Of a stretch of 59,881 nt of DNA, positions 40,987-53,705 are shown one piece after another; within the stretch, counting starts at the first letter, position 1; each line of letters opens with the position of its first letter. Origin of the DNA: a virus; IMG/VR virus record IMGVR_UViG_3300043958_000214. One strand, 5' to 3'. The notes beneath the pieces are model-generated. The model made no database searches, was not told the origin of the DNA, and was given only the letters and a program-made list of their open reading frames with translations. The translations under genes were made by a program, and so were the position numbers.

Positions 40987-41883
40987 TCACTGGAGGTAGG
41001 TCCTGCCATCGTCGCCCCTGAGGGCGGAGAGCTCCCCCACGGACTGGGCAGCCTGAGTGAGTCGTTCGCCGTCCTCGCCCCACCCGCGGTCCCAGAATCC
41101 CGTCCCGTGATTGTTGCGGGTCAGCCACAGGTCGCGCCCCCACTGCTCGGGTCCGATACCGAGGCGCTGAAGGATGTGGCCGGCCAGGTCGTAGAACGCC
41201 TGCGCGTCGTCGGCGAGGCGCGCTCGGGCTTGGTCTGAGAGGTCCTCCGTCGTCCAAGGCGTGTCCTCCTGGTCGCCGTCGGTGAACTCTGCCGCCTGTG
41301 CCGCGGAGGCGGCAGCCTGATCGCATTGGCCATCGCCGGCGGCAAGGCTTAGGGCGAGTTCGCGTCGATTGGCGTCAGTCATCGGGGCTTCCCGGCGGCG
41401 CTGTTCGTCCAGGATGTCGTCGAGGGAACGCCCGGCTGGATAGACGATCCTCTGGGAGTAGGCACCGGTTCCAAGGACCGGGTCCGCCTCGAGACCGTGC
41501 TCGTCGAGGAAGCGCTCCACCTGGAGCCGGTGCGCCGACAGGTAGGCCCCAGGGTCCTTGCCCGCCGCGATCTGAGCGGGGTCGCATTCGAACGTGGATG
41601 TGACGGTCGTCGTCCCATCGGCGTTGCGCTGGGCGTAGACGAGAGCGGCCTCACCGAGGTCCGCCTCGTCGTCGCCCAGTTCGAGGACCCCTCCGTACTC
41701 GATGAGCCTGGCCTCGGATTCGCCGCTCCCCCACTGCCTGAGATTCTGCTGGTGGATCGCGGCGGACGCGAACGCGGCATTGAGCTCTATGTCCTCTGCT
41801 TCCGCGTGGTCCTTCGCGCTGTATTGGCCGACGTTAGAGGGGTTGGCGCCCCGCCGGTGCTTGGCTTCGTCATAAGTGCTCAT
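40987..41883 (-). CDS. Leader-tagged hypothetical protein (array unit 7)
   Basis: MSTYDEAKHRRGANPSNVGQYSAKDHAEAEDIEL; C-terminal GRDLWLTRNNHGTGFWDR motif; CCGCAAAA-N8-ATG. Confidence 0.8.
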   Translation of the reverse strand: MSTYDEAKHRRGANPSNVGQYSAKDHAEAEDIELNAAFASAAIHQQNLRQWGSGESEARLIEYGGVLELGDDEADLGEAALVYAQRNADGTTTVTSTFECDPAQIAAGKDPGAYLSAHRLQVERFLDEHGLEADPVLGTGAYSQRIVYPAGRSLDDILDEQRRREAPMTDANRRELALSLAAGDGQCDQAAASAAQAAEFTDGDQEDTPWTTEDLSDQARARLADDAQAFYDLAGHILQRLGIGPEQWGRDLWLTRNNHGTGFWDRGWGEDGERLTQAAQSVGELSALRGDDGRTYLQ

Positions 41884-41950
41884 GACTCTCCTTTTGCGGC
41901 GGTCGCCAAGGTTCGCCTGTCCACGCCGGCGGCGCGCCTAGTCAGGCTTT

Positions 41951-43036
41951 CTATCGAGCGTCCCCCTCGCGCGTCTGCGAGCGCGGGTAGGCGAGGGTCT
42001 GGGCGTAGTGGTGGAACAACCCGCCGTTGTCGTAGCGGGCCCGGTATTTGCCTGTTGCGGGGTCGTGGACGATCCATTCGCTTGCGAGGGCATCGACGTC
42101 GGTGGTGTCGTCGACGTGCTTGAGCTTGCGGATGACTTCGGCGTCCATGGCGGCGGAGCGGCCTTTGTAGTGCTTGACGGGGGGTCCTGATGGCGTGAAG
42201 CGGAAGATGAGGGCGTCGTCGGTGTCGACAAGCCGGTAGTTGCCGTGTCCGTCGGAGTCCTGCCCGTAGAGGAGGCGGATTTCGTCTGCGTTAGTGGTGG
42301 ACATGGTGTCGTCGAGGTCATCGTCGAGGCGGTTCCCGTCCTCGTCGATGGGTGCGATCGCGGTGACGTATTGGGCGTTGGATTCCTCGCCGTCACACTC
42401 GAGGGTGAGTTGAAGGGCGGTGGCTGCGGGGTAGTTGGCTTTGACCCTGTCGATGAGTGCTTGGTCGAGGGCGCGGTCGTTGTCTTCTTGGCGATCCTCG
42501 AAGGACAGCCTGGTGCGGTCGACGGTGTCGCGTGCCTGGTTAAGGTTTTGCGTGGTGGGTGGGGTCGGGTGTCGGCGGATGATCTCGTCAATGTCGGCCC
42601 GGATTGTCCCCGTGTTCTCCCCGGTCGAATGCTGGCGGCCTTGGTGGGCTGCTCTGAACCGGTCGGCATCTGGGACGAGGTTGGACGTGAGGGATTCGGG
42701 GAGGTCGACGTCTGCTAGGTCGATTCCGCTGCCCCCTTCGGCCGACGGCAGGTCGTAGTAGTTCCCGTTGTCGTAGTGGTCAAGGTGATAGACGAGTTCC
42801 TTGGCCTTGGGGTCGATCGCCCGGGCGGCGTGCGCCCATCCTGCTTCTTGTAGGTCGCAAAGCGTCCGAATGGCGGATTCGTAGTAGCGGCGCGTCGAGT
42901 CCAGGACCTCCTGGCGCAGGCTGGTGGCGACATCGAGCTCCACTCCCTCGGGCTCCGCGTGGTCCTTCGCGCTGTACTGGCCGACGTTGGCTGGGTTCTT
43001 CCCGCGTGGGTGCAAGGTCTCGTCATAAGTGCTCAT
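41951..43036 (-). CDS. Leader-tagged hypothetical protein (array unit 6)
   Basis: MSTYDETLHPRGKNPANVGQYSAKDHAEPEGVEL; CCGCACAA-N8-ATG. Confidence 0.8.
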   Translation of the reverse strand: MSTYDETLHPRGKNPANVGQYSAKDHAEPEGVELDVATSLRQEVLDSTRRYYESAIRTLCDLQEAGWAHAARAIDPKAKELVYHLDHYDNGNYYDLPSAEGGSGIDLADVDLPESLTSNLVPDADRFRAAHQGRQHSTGENTGTIRADIDEIIRRHPTPPTTQNLNQARDTVDRTRLSFEDRQEDNDRALDQALIDRVKANYPAATALQLTLECDGEESNAQYVTAIAPIDEDGNRLDDDLDDTMSTTNADEIRLLYGQDSDGHGNYRLVDTDDALIFRFTPSGPPVKHYKGRSAAMDAEVIRKLKHVDDTTDVDALASEWIVHDPATGKYRARYDNGGLFHHYAQTLAYPRSQTREGDAR

Positions 43037-43059
43037 GACTCTCCTTGTGCGGCGTGTAC

Positions 43060-43863
43060 TCATCTGAAGATGATCTCGTTGCGCGTTCCGGCGACCTCCA
43101 GTTCGCGGACGGCGACGAAGCGGTCCATTCCGGTGTCGTCGGTGATGCGCAAGTGCGCACTTCGGAAGTCGCCCGGGGTGATGGAGCGTCCGTCCTCGTT
43201 CCAGAATCCTGTGCGGATCGTCCCTGAGACTTCTCGGGTATCCCCGAACTCGTCGTGGCGGAGGTACTTCACATGCGACTGGGCGCCCATGGCGTCAATG
43301 ATCCGGGCGTCCATCCTGATCTGAGCCATCTGCTGGGCCACGGGCACAGGCTTGTCCTCCGGCTCAGACGACGCAGCGGGTTCTGGGGCGTCACCGAGAA
43401 CGGATCCGACGATAGCCTTCTGAACGTCAGGGGTGATGGCCGCGATCTGGACGGCGTACGCCTGTTCGTCGATTCCCCGCGCGACCGCCCCCATCCACTC
43501 CATGGCATCATCCCCCACGTCAGGGTCCGCGGTGGAGAAGTCCGGCTCCGGATAGAAGTACACGTCATTGCTGGGGTCAACCCAGCTGCTGATCATCTGT
43601 CCGTCCGGCATGACGAACTGCGTCTTGACACCGTCATCGAAATCGATGAAAACCCGGGGCCGTTCCCCGGCCGACTCCGGCCAGTCTGGGAGGTCGAGGT
43701 CGTCGTGGCGCAACCGAACCGTCGAGCGGATCGGAACCTCGACGGCTCCTGCGCTGCGAGGCAACTCCACCCCCTCCGCGTCGGCGTGGTCCTTCGCGCT
43801 GTACTGCCCGACATTGGCGGGGTTCTTCCCGCGTGGGTGCAAGGTCTCGTCGTAAGTACTCAT
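43060..43863 (-). CDS. Leader-tagged hypothetical protein (array unit 5)
   Basis: MSTYDETLHPRGKNPANVGQYSAKDHADAEGVEL; CCGCACAA-N8-ATG. Confidence 0.8.
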   Translation of the reverse strand: MSTYDETLHPRGKNPANVGQYSAKDHADAEGVELPRSAGAVEVPIRSTVRLRHDDLDLPDWPESAGERPRVFIDFDDGVKTQFVMPDGQMISSWVDPSNDVYFYPEPDFSTADPDVGDDAMEWMGAVARGIDEQAYAVQIAAITPDVQKAIVGSVLGDAPEPAASSEPEDKPVPVAQQMAQIRMDARIIDAMGAQSHVKYLRHDEFGDTREVSGTIRTGFWNEDGRSITPGDFRSAHLRITDDTGMDRFVAVRELEVAGTRNEIIFR

Positions 43864-44328
43864 ACCCCGTCTTGTGCGGCGCAGATCGATTCGAGAGACT
43901 CAATCGCCTCGCACGGCAGCAACCCTAGAGAGGAAGTCGTCCCTGGCATCCTCGTCGAACCACCGGACGTTCGCCTCCATGTCCTCTAGCCGATCCGCGA
44001 AGTACGTCAACTCCCGTCGGACCAGCTCCGCGTCAGGACGTTCAGAGGCGGCGCTGAGAAGGATGTTGCTCGAGAGCCCATCGAACGCATCGAGTCCAGA
44101 CCCCCCGAGCAATTCTGCCGCGTCGTGGGCGGCCTGCAGTCGTTCGACCATCGCGCGACGATCCTCAGCAGTCATCACCTCACGTTCGCGGGTACCCGGC
44201 CCGATGCCAAGCTCCACCCCCTCCGCGTCGGCGTGGTCCTTCGCGCTGTACTGCCCGACATTGGCGGGGTTCTTCCCGCGTGGGTGCAAGGTCTCGTCGT
44301 AAGTACTCATACCCCGTCTTGTGCGGCG
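43765..44328. repeat. 117-nt perfect direct repeat (43765-43881 and 44212-44328) covering box + leader
   Basis: Base-by-base identity from CTCCACCCCC to TTGTGCGGCG; sequences diverge immediately outside. Confidence 0.9.
43900..44310 (-). CDS. Leader-tagged hypothetical protein (array unit 4)
   Basis: Same leader as unit 5, unrelated short helical body. Confidence 0.8.
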   Translation of the reverse strand: MSTYDETLHPRGKNPANVGQYSAKDHADAEGVELGIGPGTREREVMTAEDRRAMVERLQAAHDAAELLGGSGLDAFDGLSSNILLSAASERPDAELVRRELTYFADRLEDMEANVRWFDEDARDDFLSRVAAVRGD

Positions 44329-44348
44329 GCGGGACACCCAGACATCTC

Positions 44349-45359
44349 TCACCCGGCGCGGCGGCTCAAACCGCTCCGCCGCCCTTCCGCAACCCACATC
44401 GGCGTGTTGTACGCGGAATGGACGAGCCCCGCGGTCTGATCCCACCCGTACCCGTCCTCCTCATCGTCAAGACGGACGCGACGCGCATCGGGGAGTTCCT
44501 CATCCCCCGACCTCGCCCCCACGGACATGCTCGCCCACCCAGACATCACCACGTCGTAGCCTGAGCCGTTCAACGTGTCGATCAGGACGACATGAGGGTT
44601 CTCGAAGCTCAGGACCCGCTCCACGTCACCGGGAATGGCGTCCCGCACATCCCCATTCCAGATGACGTCCAACCGGACTCCTTCATGCCAAGTCTCAGGG
44701 CCCTCAGACACGAGATCTCGCACAGCCTCAGCATTGCCCTCATCCAGCATGTCGATACCCGCTGCGGACAGTTTCTGCCTCAACAGCTTCTCCCGGTTGC
44801 GCACCAAACGGCCCCACGCCTTCTCGTCGCCCGGGTTCGCCCAATACGTCTCGGCCCCGGCAAGCGTGCCATACCCCGAAATCGGAGCCCGCATCAACCT
44901 TGGTCCCACGTTCCGCAAGAGATCACGCTCACGGTCGGAATCATCGTGATCCCAGATATAGTCCCTCAGGCGCTCGCGGTCCTCGTCGGCGTCATCGAGG
45001 GCGGTGAAGTCGGTTCCGTGCTCGTCGTCGAAGCGGGCGATCGCCTGGTCGATGTCGTCCGCGTCTGCCTCGAGATAGCGGTTGCCGAGCTCTTCCATGT
45101 ATGTAACTTCGTCGCCGGAGAAGGCGAGGCGGAGGAGGTCGTCCGGCATCTCCTCATCAGGTCCCGTGTACGCCAGGTAGAACCTCTCGCCCGACGGTTC
45201 AAGCCCGTCCAGAGCCTTGACGCGCAGATCATGTCTCGACTCCCCTGACCCGACATCAAGTTCGACGCCTTCGGGCTCCGCATGGTCTTTGGGACTGTAC
45301 TGCCCGACGTTGTCGGGGTTCTTCCCGCGTGGGTGCAAGGTCTCGTCGTAAGTGCTCAT
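44349..45359 (-). CDS. Leader-tagged hypothetical acidic protein (array unit 3)
   Basis: MSTYDETLHPRGKNPDNVGQYSPKDHAEPEGVEL; CCGCACAA-N8-ATG. Confidence 0.8.
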   Translation of the reverse strand: MSTYDETLHPRGKNPDNVGQYSPKDHAEPEGVELDVGSGESRHDLRVKALDGLEPSGERFYLAYTGPDEEMPDDLLRLAFSGDEVTYMEELGNRYLEADADDIDQAIARFDDEHGTDFTALDDADEDRERLRDYIWDHDDSDRERDLLRNVGPRLMRAPISGYGTLAGAETYWANPGDEKAWGRLVRNREKLLRQKLSAAGIDMLDEGNAEAVRDLVSEGPETWHEGVRLDVIWNGDVRDAIPGDVERVLSFENPHVVLIDTLNGSGYDVVMSGWASMSVGARSGDEELPDARRVRLDDEEDGYGWDQTAGLVHSAYNTPMWVAEGRRSGLSRRAG

Positions 45360-45409
45360 ACCCCGTCTTGTGCGGGGATGGACGCCGGAAGGCCCGTGAG
45401 AGACCAGTC

Positions 45410-45844
45410 TCAGCCGCCGTAGACCGCGACGTTGTAGTCGGACAATGCGTCCTTGAACTCACTTGAGCCGGTGTCGTAGCGCGTCGCGGCCACTGCGTCG
45501 CCTTTGATCAGGTCGGCGTTGGAGTAGACGCGACCGCAGTCGGGGCACACCGCGTACTCTTCTTCGTCGCCCGATCCGAGGGAGTCAGGGTTCAACCGCC
45601 CGTTCCGGTCTGCTGCCACCCAATCGTCGGTCTCGGAGTCGTTCCCGCACTCGCAGATCTGGTTTTCCCCGCCATCGATCACGCGAGCGATGCCGTCAAC
45701 GGGCTCTGGGGAGAAGGGGTAAGCGCCCTTGATCGGGGTGCCCAACTCGACGCCTTCAGGCTCCGCATGGTCTTTGGTGCTGTACTGGCCGATGTTCTCG
45801 GGGTTTCCGCCGCGCTGATGTTTCGTCTCGTCGTAGATGCTCAT
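45410..45844 (-). CDS. Leader-tagged small Zn-finger protein (array unit 2)
   Basis: MSIYDETKHQRGGNPENIGQYSTKDHAEPEGVEL; CECGN..CPDCG. Confidence 0.8.
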   Translation of the reverse strand: MSIYDETKHQRGGNPENIGQYSTKDHAEPEGVELGTPIKGAYPFSPEPVDGIARVIDGGENQICECGNDSETDDWVAADRNGRLNPDSLGSGDEEEYAVCPDCGRVYSNADLIKGDAVAATRYDTGSSEFKDALSDYNVAVYGG

Positions 45845-45888
45845 ACTTCCCCTTGTGCGGCGGGCACGGGCTGTCCGGTGTCCGCCGT

Positions 45889-46725
45889 CTAGAACGATCG
45901 CGCGACCTGGCACAGCCGCTTAGCCTCAGCGTCGGTAATCACCGAGTACTCGGAGAACCCGTTGTAGCCGCTCTTTCGGCACCGGTACAGCGCGAGTCCC
46001 CAGTCCGAAGCCGACAGCGGTAGGCGGTCGAGGACCTCTCCAGCACGCTCGTAGAACTTCGCGGAAAGCCGGGTTGCGTGGGCCATCGCGGCGTCTGTGG
46101 GTGTTTCGCACCCTGCGCGTTCGGCTTCCGCGACCGCGTACATGGTCCCCGCCTCGACGTTTGCATCGTCGACGCTCTCACAGCGGAATGCGAGGCGTTC
46201 ACCCAGCGATGCCGCCGGCTTCGACATCTCATCATTGAGGGGCCGGACACGGTTCTCGAGCATCCAGTCGAGGTCCTTGTCCAGGCTCATCCCCGTCGGG
46301 AAGACCGTGGTGTGGGCGTATGCCTCGAACCCTTCTTGAGGGGCCTTCTCGAGCCCGTAGAGGGATTGAAGAAGCCGACTGATGGTGTTGCGATGCGCCG
46401 CCACATAGGCCGCACCACGGCCCTTGTCCGTCAAACCCGCACGCTCCACGGCGGTGGGGGCACCCACGTCATACACGACAGTGACGGTCGTAGCGCCGTC
46501 ATTCGCCCGCTCGGCGTGAAGACCCTTGACGAAGGTCAAGTCGTCCCACCTGAGCAGGCCGGCCGTGAGATCCAAGCTCCCGCCGCGCTCGATCAGCGCA
46601 CCCTCAAGAGAGGACGGGGTCGCGAGCTCCAGGTCGCGGTCGTCTGCGTACCCCTTTCGGCTGTACTGGCCGATGTTGTCGGGGTTCCCGCCACGCTGAT
46701 GCTTCGACTCGTCGTAGATGCTCAC
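45889..46725 (-). CDS. Leader-tagged hypothetical protein (array unit 1), paralog of 40987..41883
   Basis: MSIYDESKHQRGGNPDNIGQYSRKGYADDRDLEL; CCGCACAA-N8-GTG. Confidence 0.8.
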   Translation of the reverse strand: MSIYDESKHQRGGNPDNIGQYSRKGYADDRDLELATPSSLEGALIERGGSLDLTAGLLRWDDLTFVKGLHAERANDGATTVTVVYDVGAPTAVERAGLTDKGRGAAYVAAHRNTISRLLQSLYGLEKAPQEGFEAYAHTTVFPTGMSLDKDLDWMLENRVRPLNDEMSKPAASLGERLAFRCESVDDANVEAGTMYAVAEAERAGCETPTDAAMAHATRLSAKFYERAGEVLDRLPLSASDWGLALYRCRKSGYNGFSEYSVITDAEAKRLCQVARSF

Positions 46726-47286
46726 ACCTCTCCTTGTGCGGCGGGCACAGGGTGCTGGGTGAATGTCGTCTAGAACGATCGCACGACCGCGCGTCTTCGG
46801 TGGCGGGTCTGGACATTCCGAGGTTCACGTCCTAGCCACGAGGCGCGTCGCTCACTAACGCCATTATGCGGGATAGGCCACGACCTGTGGCACTTTCAAC
46901 GTTCTGGCCGGACACCGAGAGCTTCAAAACCGCACCGGTTTCAGCCTACAGAAGGCCCTGAAGACCGCGCACCCCCCCCCCCAATGGCATCACCCTGCGG
47001 ATGCCGGGTTAAACACGCGCCGACCCCACCGAAATCCTCCATACCTCACCAGCCTCATGACAGCCCACATACCTGACTGCAGACCGAACTAACTTGAAAC
47101 AAGCCGGGTGTAACCCTCGAACCGTTACTTCCTCAGGCAAGCGAAGAAGGGTGGGGGCCTCGAATCTCTTCCCGGCTGGTGGAGATCGCCAAGACCAGGG
47201 TCTCGTGCTAAAGGTTCCCGATTCAAGAGGGGCATTAGTCTAGATCCTCAATATAATTGATTCATATTAGCGCCATTCGTCGATTC

Positions 47287-48264
47287 TCATATGAGAGCGA
47301 GTAGGTCTGACCGGATGTGGAACATGGGCTCATCCCAGTCGAAGCCAAGAATTCTTAGCTGTTCGTCGAGAAGGGCTGCCATCTTCAACCGAGCCTCTTG
47401 CTCCGACTCTCGCGAAAGAGCGTATTCACCAGAGGGCAACGAATTTAGTAATGTGCGAAATTCGCTAAGCCATGCTGAAAGATTCTCCCTGGTGTTCATA
47501 TAGCGGAGGCCCCTCGTATCTAGCGGTAATTCAGCACTGGCAACTGTTTCGTACGCAACGCAGTATGCCATCTGTTTGAGTGCGATCAATACTTGGGAGC
47601 CGACCTCGAATACCAGCCTATTCACGTCTCTATGCACTTGGTAACTGGTTACAACTTTGATCAGAGCATCTTCGAGCCAAGCCACAATCTCACTTGGATT
47701 CCAGTTAGACTCATCGGTAGATAACCTGCGTAACGAGCCAAGCTCGGCTCTGTACTCATCAATAATCGCTGCGGCGGCGGATGTCAGGTTCAGCGTTTTC
47801 CAGCTGTCATTCTCGTTAGACCGGGATGACTCGCCACGTTGGTATATCGAGACGTGGTTCATCTCATGTACTAGCGTTCTTAAGAATAAGAACGCGGCAT
47901 CAGGGTTCGTCTCGTAATCGAGAGCTTTCTCGAAGATATCCGCACGAAGGAGGACGGAAGAGCCATCGCCGTCATGAATAGTCTTGCCGGCCACGAGACC
48001 TTCTCCTCGAAGAAGGTTGAACGAGCGTGCCGCCTCGGTGTCGCGCAGACGATCTTTGGTGGATTTCACAAAGTCACCTGTGATCACTAACGTGACGTTC
48101 TGGGGAGACTTCGCAATCGCTGTGGCTAACTTAATGCAGACCAGGAGAAATTCCGGCAACGGGGAAGAGGTAACGAGCTCAACAAGTGTTTCACTGACCG
48201 ATTCGAACTGAACTTGTGCGGTAGGCAGATCGTCTTCGACCATGATTTTCCCTTCGTCGTCCAC
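47287..48264 (-). CDS. Hypothetical protein with HExxH zincin-like motif, low-GC cargo
   Basis: TLVHEMNH..IIDEYRAE; visibly AT-richer than the backbone. Confidence 0.65.
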   Translation of the reverse strand: MDDEGKIMVEDDLPTAQVQFESVSETLVELVTSSPLPEFLLVCIKLATAIAKSPQNVTLVITGDFVKSTKDRLRDTEAARSFNLLRGEGLVAGKTIHDGDGSSVLLRADIFEKALDYETNPDAAFLFLRTLVHEMNHVSIYQRGESSRSNENDSWKTLNLTSAAAAIIDEYRAELGSLRRLSTDESNWNPSEIVAWLEDALIKVVTSYQVHRDVNRLVFEVGSQVLIALKQMAYCVAYETVASAELPLDTRGLRYMNTRENLSAWLSEFRTLLNSLPSGEYALSRESEQEARLKMAALLDEQLRILGFDWDEPMFHIRSDLLALI

Positions 48265-48800
48265 CTCAAGGTTGAGTCCTTGAACAAGTGTTAAAAAAAC
48301 CGATCAGAGCGCCAGCATTGCGATCCTCGTCGTTCACAACGTGGAAGTGTCGAAACAACTAGTTGTTCTATAAGAGTCGCGAAAGAGGCCTTAACTTTTT
48401 ATCGAGAATTTCGGCAAGGACGTGTTAAGGATTCTGGCTTTTCGGAACCCTCCCGTCGAATGACCTGTCGGACGCGGAGCGAACAATGTTGACATGGTTT
48501 TATCCTATCCAATAGTTTTGAAACTTCGTATTCTCCATTGCGTAGCTGAAGTTTCGGAGGTCTTCGTTTCGATCCTGAATTCTGCGGGCTTCACGCGCGA
48601 ATGCTCGACGGAGTTCCTCATGCTTATCGACACTCGAAAGAACCGTATTGAGATCAGACTCAGCGACCACTCGTGAATCCCTATCTGAGTGAAAACAGTT
48701 TCCTTTCTTTTCGATTTGATTTCCGTTCTGTGCGGCTGAGGGCGTAGTAGGTGGGGTAGGTATCGGTCACAGTGAATGCCTGGCTCGTGACCCAGTCATC

Positions 48801-51387
<2,587 letters not shown>

Positions 51388-51395
<8 letters not shown>

Positions 51396-53055
51396 CGGTG
51401 TCGTCGGCTTCGATCTCGTCGAACAAGGTGCTGTCGTGTGGGGCGACTTGGGACTCGATGAACGCGATCTCATCATCGGTCAGCCCGTAGCGCTCGTAAA
51501 GCATCTGGTCAGTCCAGTTCTGGTTGAACGGAACCTCCGGAATAAACGAGTACACATGTCGAGGTGCGTCTTGAGTCGACTTACGGAGCGATACCAAGAA
51601 CCTGACGAATCGGGTGCCCAGATAGCTGGCGTAGGACTCAGCCTCTGTTTCACTTTCAAACCGACCCGCAACGAGGTAGGTCTCGGTGCAGGCTGTCCCG
51701 GGCCCCACGATGATGGGCTTAGAGAGGAACTTGGTCTCCACAGCGGCACTGGTTCCCTGGACACGTGTCATCAGGACCTTCCAGTCGTCGATCCACTCGG
51801 AGTGCAGCGGAATCTCTGAACGTTCGATCCAGCCCACTCGCTGGTTCGCGTAGAGCTTCACCGGGTCCTTCAACCCGCGGGTCGTGTCTTTTCCTTGGAC
51901 GAACGTCCGAAGTCCAAACGGCTTCTGTGTAGACACTCTGTTGTCGAGGGTCTGCTCATGCCGCATGCGTACCTTTTCAAGGATCGGAACGGCTTCATTG
52001 CGCCGAACGAGGACGTCGTAGGCGTCGAGATAGCGGGCGACGGATTCGCCGACGGGCTGACCGTCCCACATGGTTTGGATAGTGCAAGGGCCGTCGTAGT
52101 CGCGGTCCCACAGGAAGTAGGAGACGCCGCCGCGGATCTTCACCCCAGGGAAGGCCTCGTAGAGCTTGGGATAGTCGACGATGTCGTGCATCCGATGGTC
52201 GGCAAGCATGGTCTTGCGGTACTCGTCCAGTCCCTTGCCTCCCGCCATCCAGCGCGAGGGGGTGACGAACACGGCGAAACGCGGATCAAGGCCGAGGGCC
52301 TTCTCAACGAAGTGCTGATAGATCGGAGCAGCTGAAGCTCCATGCCCGCCGTCGGAGAGCTGGTAGGGCGGGTTGCCGATGATGACGTCGAACTGCATGG
52401 TGTCTCCGAACAGCTCGCGGATGCGAGCTTTGATGTCGTCGGTGTGGATGAAGGCGTAGGCGTGGGTTTCCAGTTCGTCACCGCGCCCGTAGTCGTCCTC
52501 ACCCGCACCGCAATAATTGCACTTGCGGTGGGTGTAGACGACCTTCTCGTCACTGGTCAGTGGGTCGACGCGGTATTCGCGCGTGCCGCCGGTCCAGGTG
52601 TGTTCGGTGCGCTGGAACCAGATGTTCCCGTCCTCGTTGTCGAAGGACTTGGCGATCGAGTGGGGTCCGTTGGCGTACTTGGAGCAGTACACGGACCGGC
52701 GGGCCAGCAGTGCGGTGAGCTGGGTGATGCCGATGCCGTAAACCTGCCGGGTGAGGATGTGGTCCACTCGCTCCTGAAGGTCAGGGAACTGGCTGGTGAG
52801 TCCGTCGACCAATCGTCGGGTGATCTCTCGCAGGAACACTCCGGACTTGGTGAACGGGTCAAGGAAGGTGACGTTCGGGTCGGCCCAGATGTCGGCGCCG
52901 TCGTGGGAGTCAGCCCAGCGCTGGGCCAGTAGGTCGAGCATGGCGCCCGCCATCTCGGGCGGGGTGAAGACCTCGTCGTTCGAGAGGTTTGCGATGCAGG
53001 TCAGGACGTCGGGGTTGTGCCTGCGCAGCGTGAAGGGAGCCTGGGTGATGCTCAT
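51388..53055 (-). CDS. Eco57I-family adenine methyltransferase with C-terminal target-recognition region
   Basis: DEVFTP, degenerate motif I DPFTKSGVF, FDVIIGNPPY, TPSRW. Confidence 0.88.
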
Positions 53056-53705
53056 GCGGCGTCCGCCTGCTCTGCCAGATCGTTGACGGTCATCGTCGGG
53101 TACGTCGTTTCAGGCGTGAACAGGTCCGCGCCCATGTCGGCGAACAGCGACCCTTCGGCCTCCCAGGCGGAACGCTTGGTTAGCTCGTCGTAGCGAAAAT
53201 CACGGCGCTGGAACCTCCCCTTGCCCAGGTATCCCCATTCGGCGAACGTGATCGGCTCTCCGATGGGCGTGGTCATCGTGAGGGCATCGCCCTGGACGAT
53301 GTTTACCGAGAGGACGGCGCGGGAGGCGCGGGCCCACTCGTCGTCCTCCTCGATTCCGAGGAAGGCGTTGAGGAGGGTGGCGAGGTTGTCACGGCACTCC
53401 GCAGCATTGTCTGGCAGTAGCTCGATCCCGTAGGTGCACATCAACGCGAACAGGGCGTAGTGGCGCTTCTCGAAGTCACTCTTGCCGTGCTTGGCAGCCA
53501 CCGTCAAGAGTTTGCGAGTCAGAACAGCGACGAGGAAGTTCCCCGACCCACAGGCGGGTTCCAAGACTCTGGAGTCGATTCGCTCGGACTCTTCCTTCAC
53601 CAGGTTGAGCATGTCCTCGACCATCCAGGACGGGGTGAAGACCTCGCCGTGGTCTGCCACGCGCTGCTTGGACTTCACTAAACGCTCAATCCCGTTCGCG
53701 TTCAT
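53052..53705 (-). CDS. Short methyltransferase subunit (SAM-binding half only)
   Basis: HGEVFTP, LEPACGSGNFL, YGIEL, NIVQGDAL; no NPPY. Confidence 0.85.
   Translation of the reverse strand: MNANGIERLVKSKQRVADHGEVFTPSWMVEDMLNLVKEESERIDSRVLEPACGSGNFLVAVLTRKLLTVAAKHGKSDFEKRHYALFALMCTYGIELLPDNAAECRDNLATLLNAFLGIEEDDEWARASRAVLSVNIVQGDALTMTTPIGEPITFAEWGYLGKGRFQRRDFRYDELTKRSAWEAEGSLFADMGADLFTPETTYPTMTVNDLAEQADAA

Noticed and set aside
44487-44500. 14-nt match ATCGGGGAGTTCCT between a CRISPR spacer and array unit 3
   Set aside because: Flanks mismatch; plausible by chance in high-GC sequence
40987-46740. Integron or DGR explanation for the cassette array
   Set aside because: No attC hairpins, integrase or reverse transcriptase; repeats are coding, lie at 5' ends and show no obvious adenine-specific variation
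46853-46872. CACTAACGCCATTATGCGGG as a dif/attC-like recombination site
   Set aside because: Spacing is not canonical and no tyrosine recombinase is in the window; could equally be a CCGCATAA box
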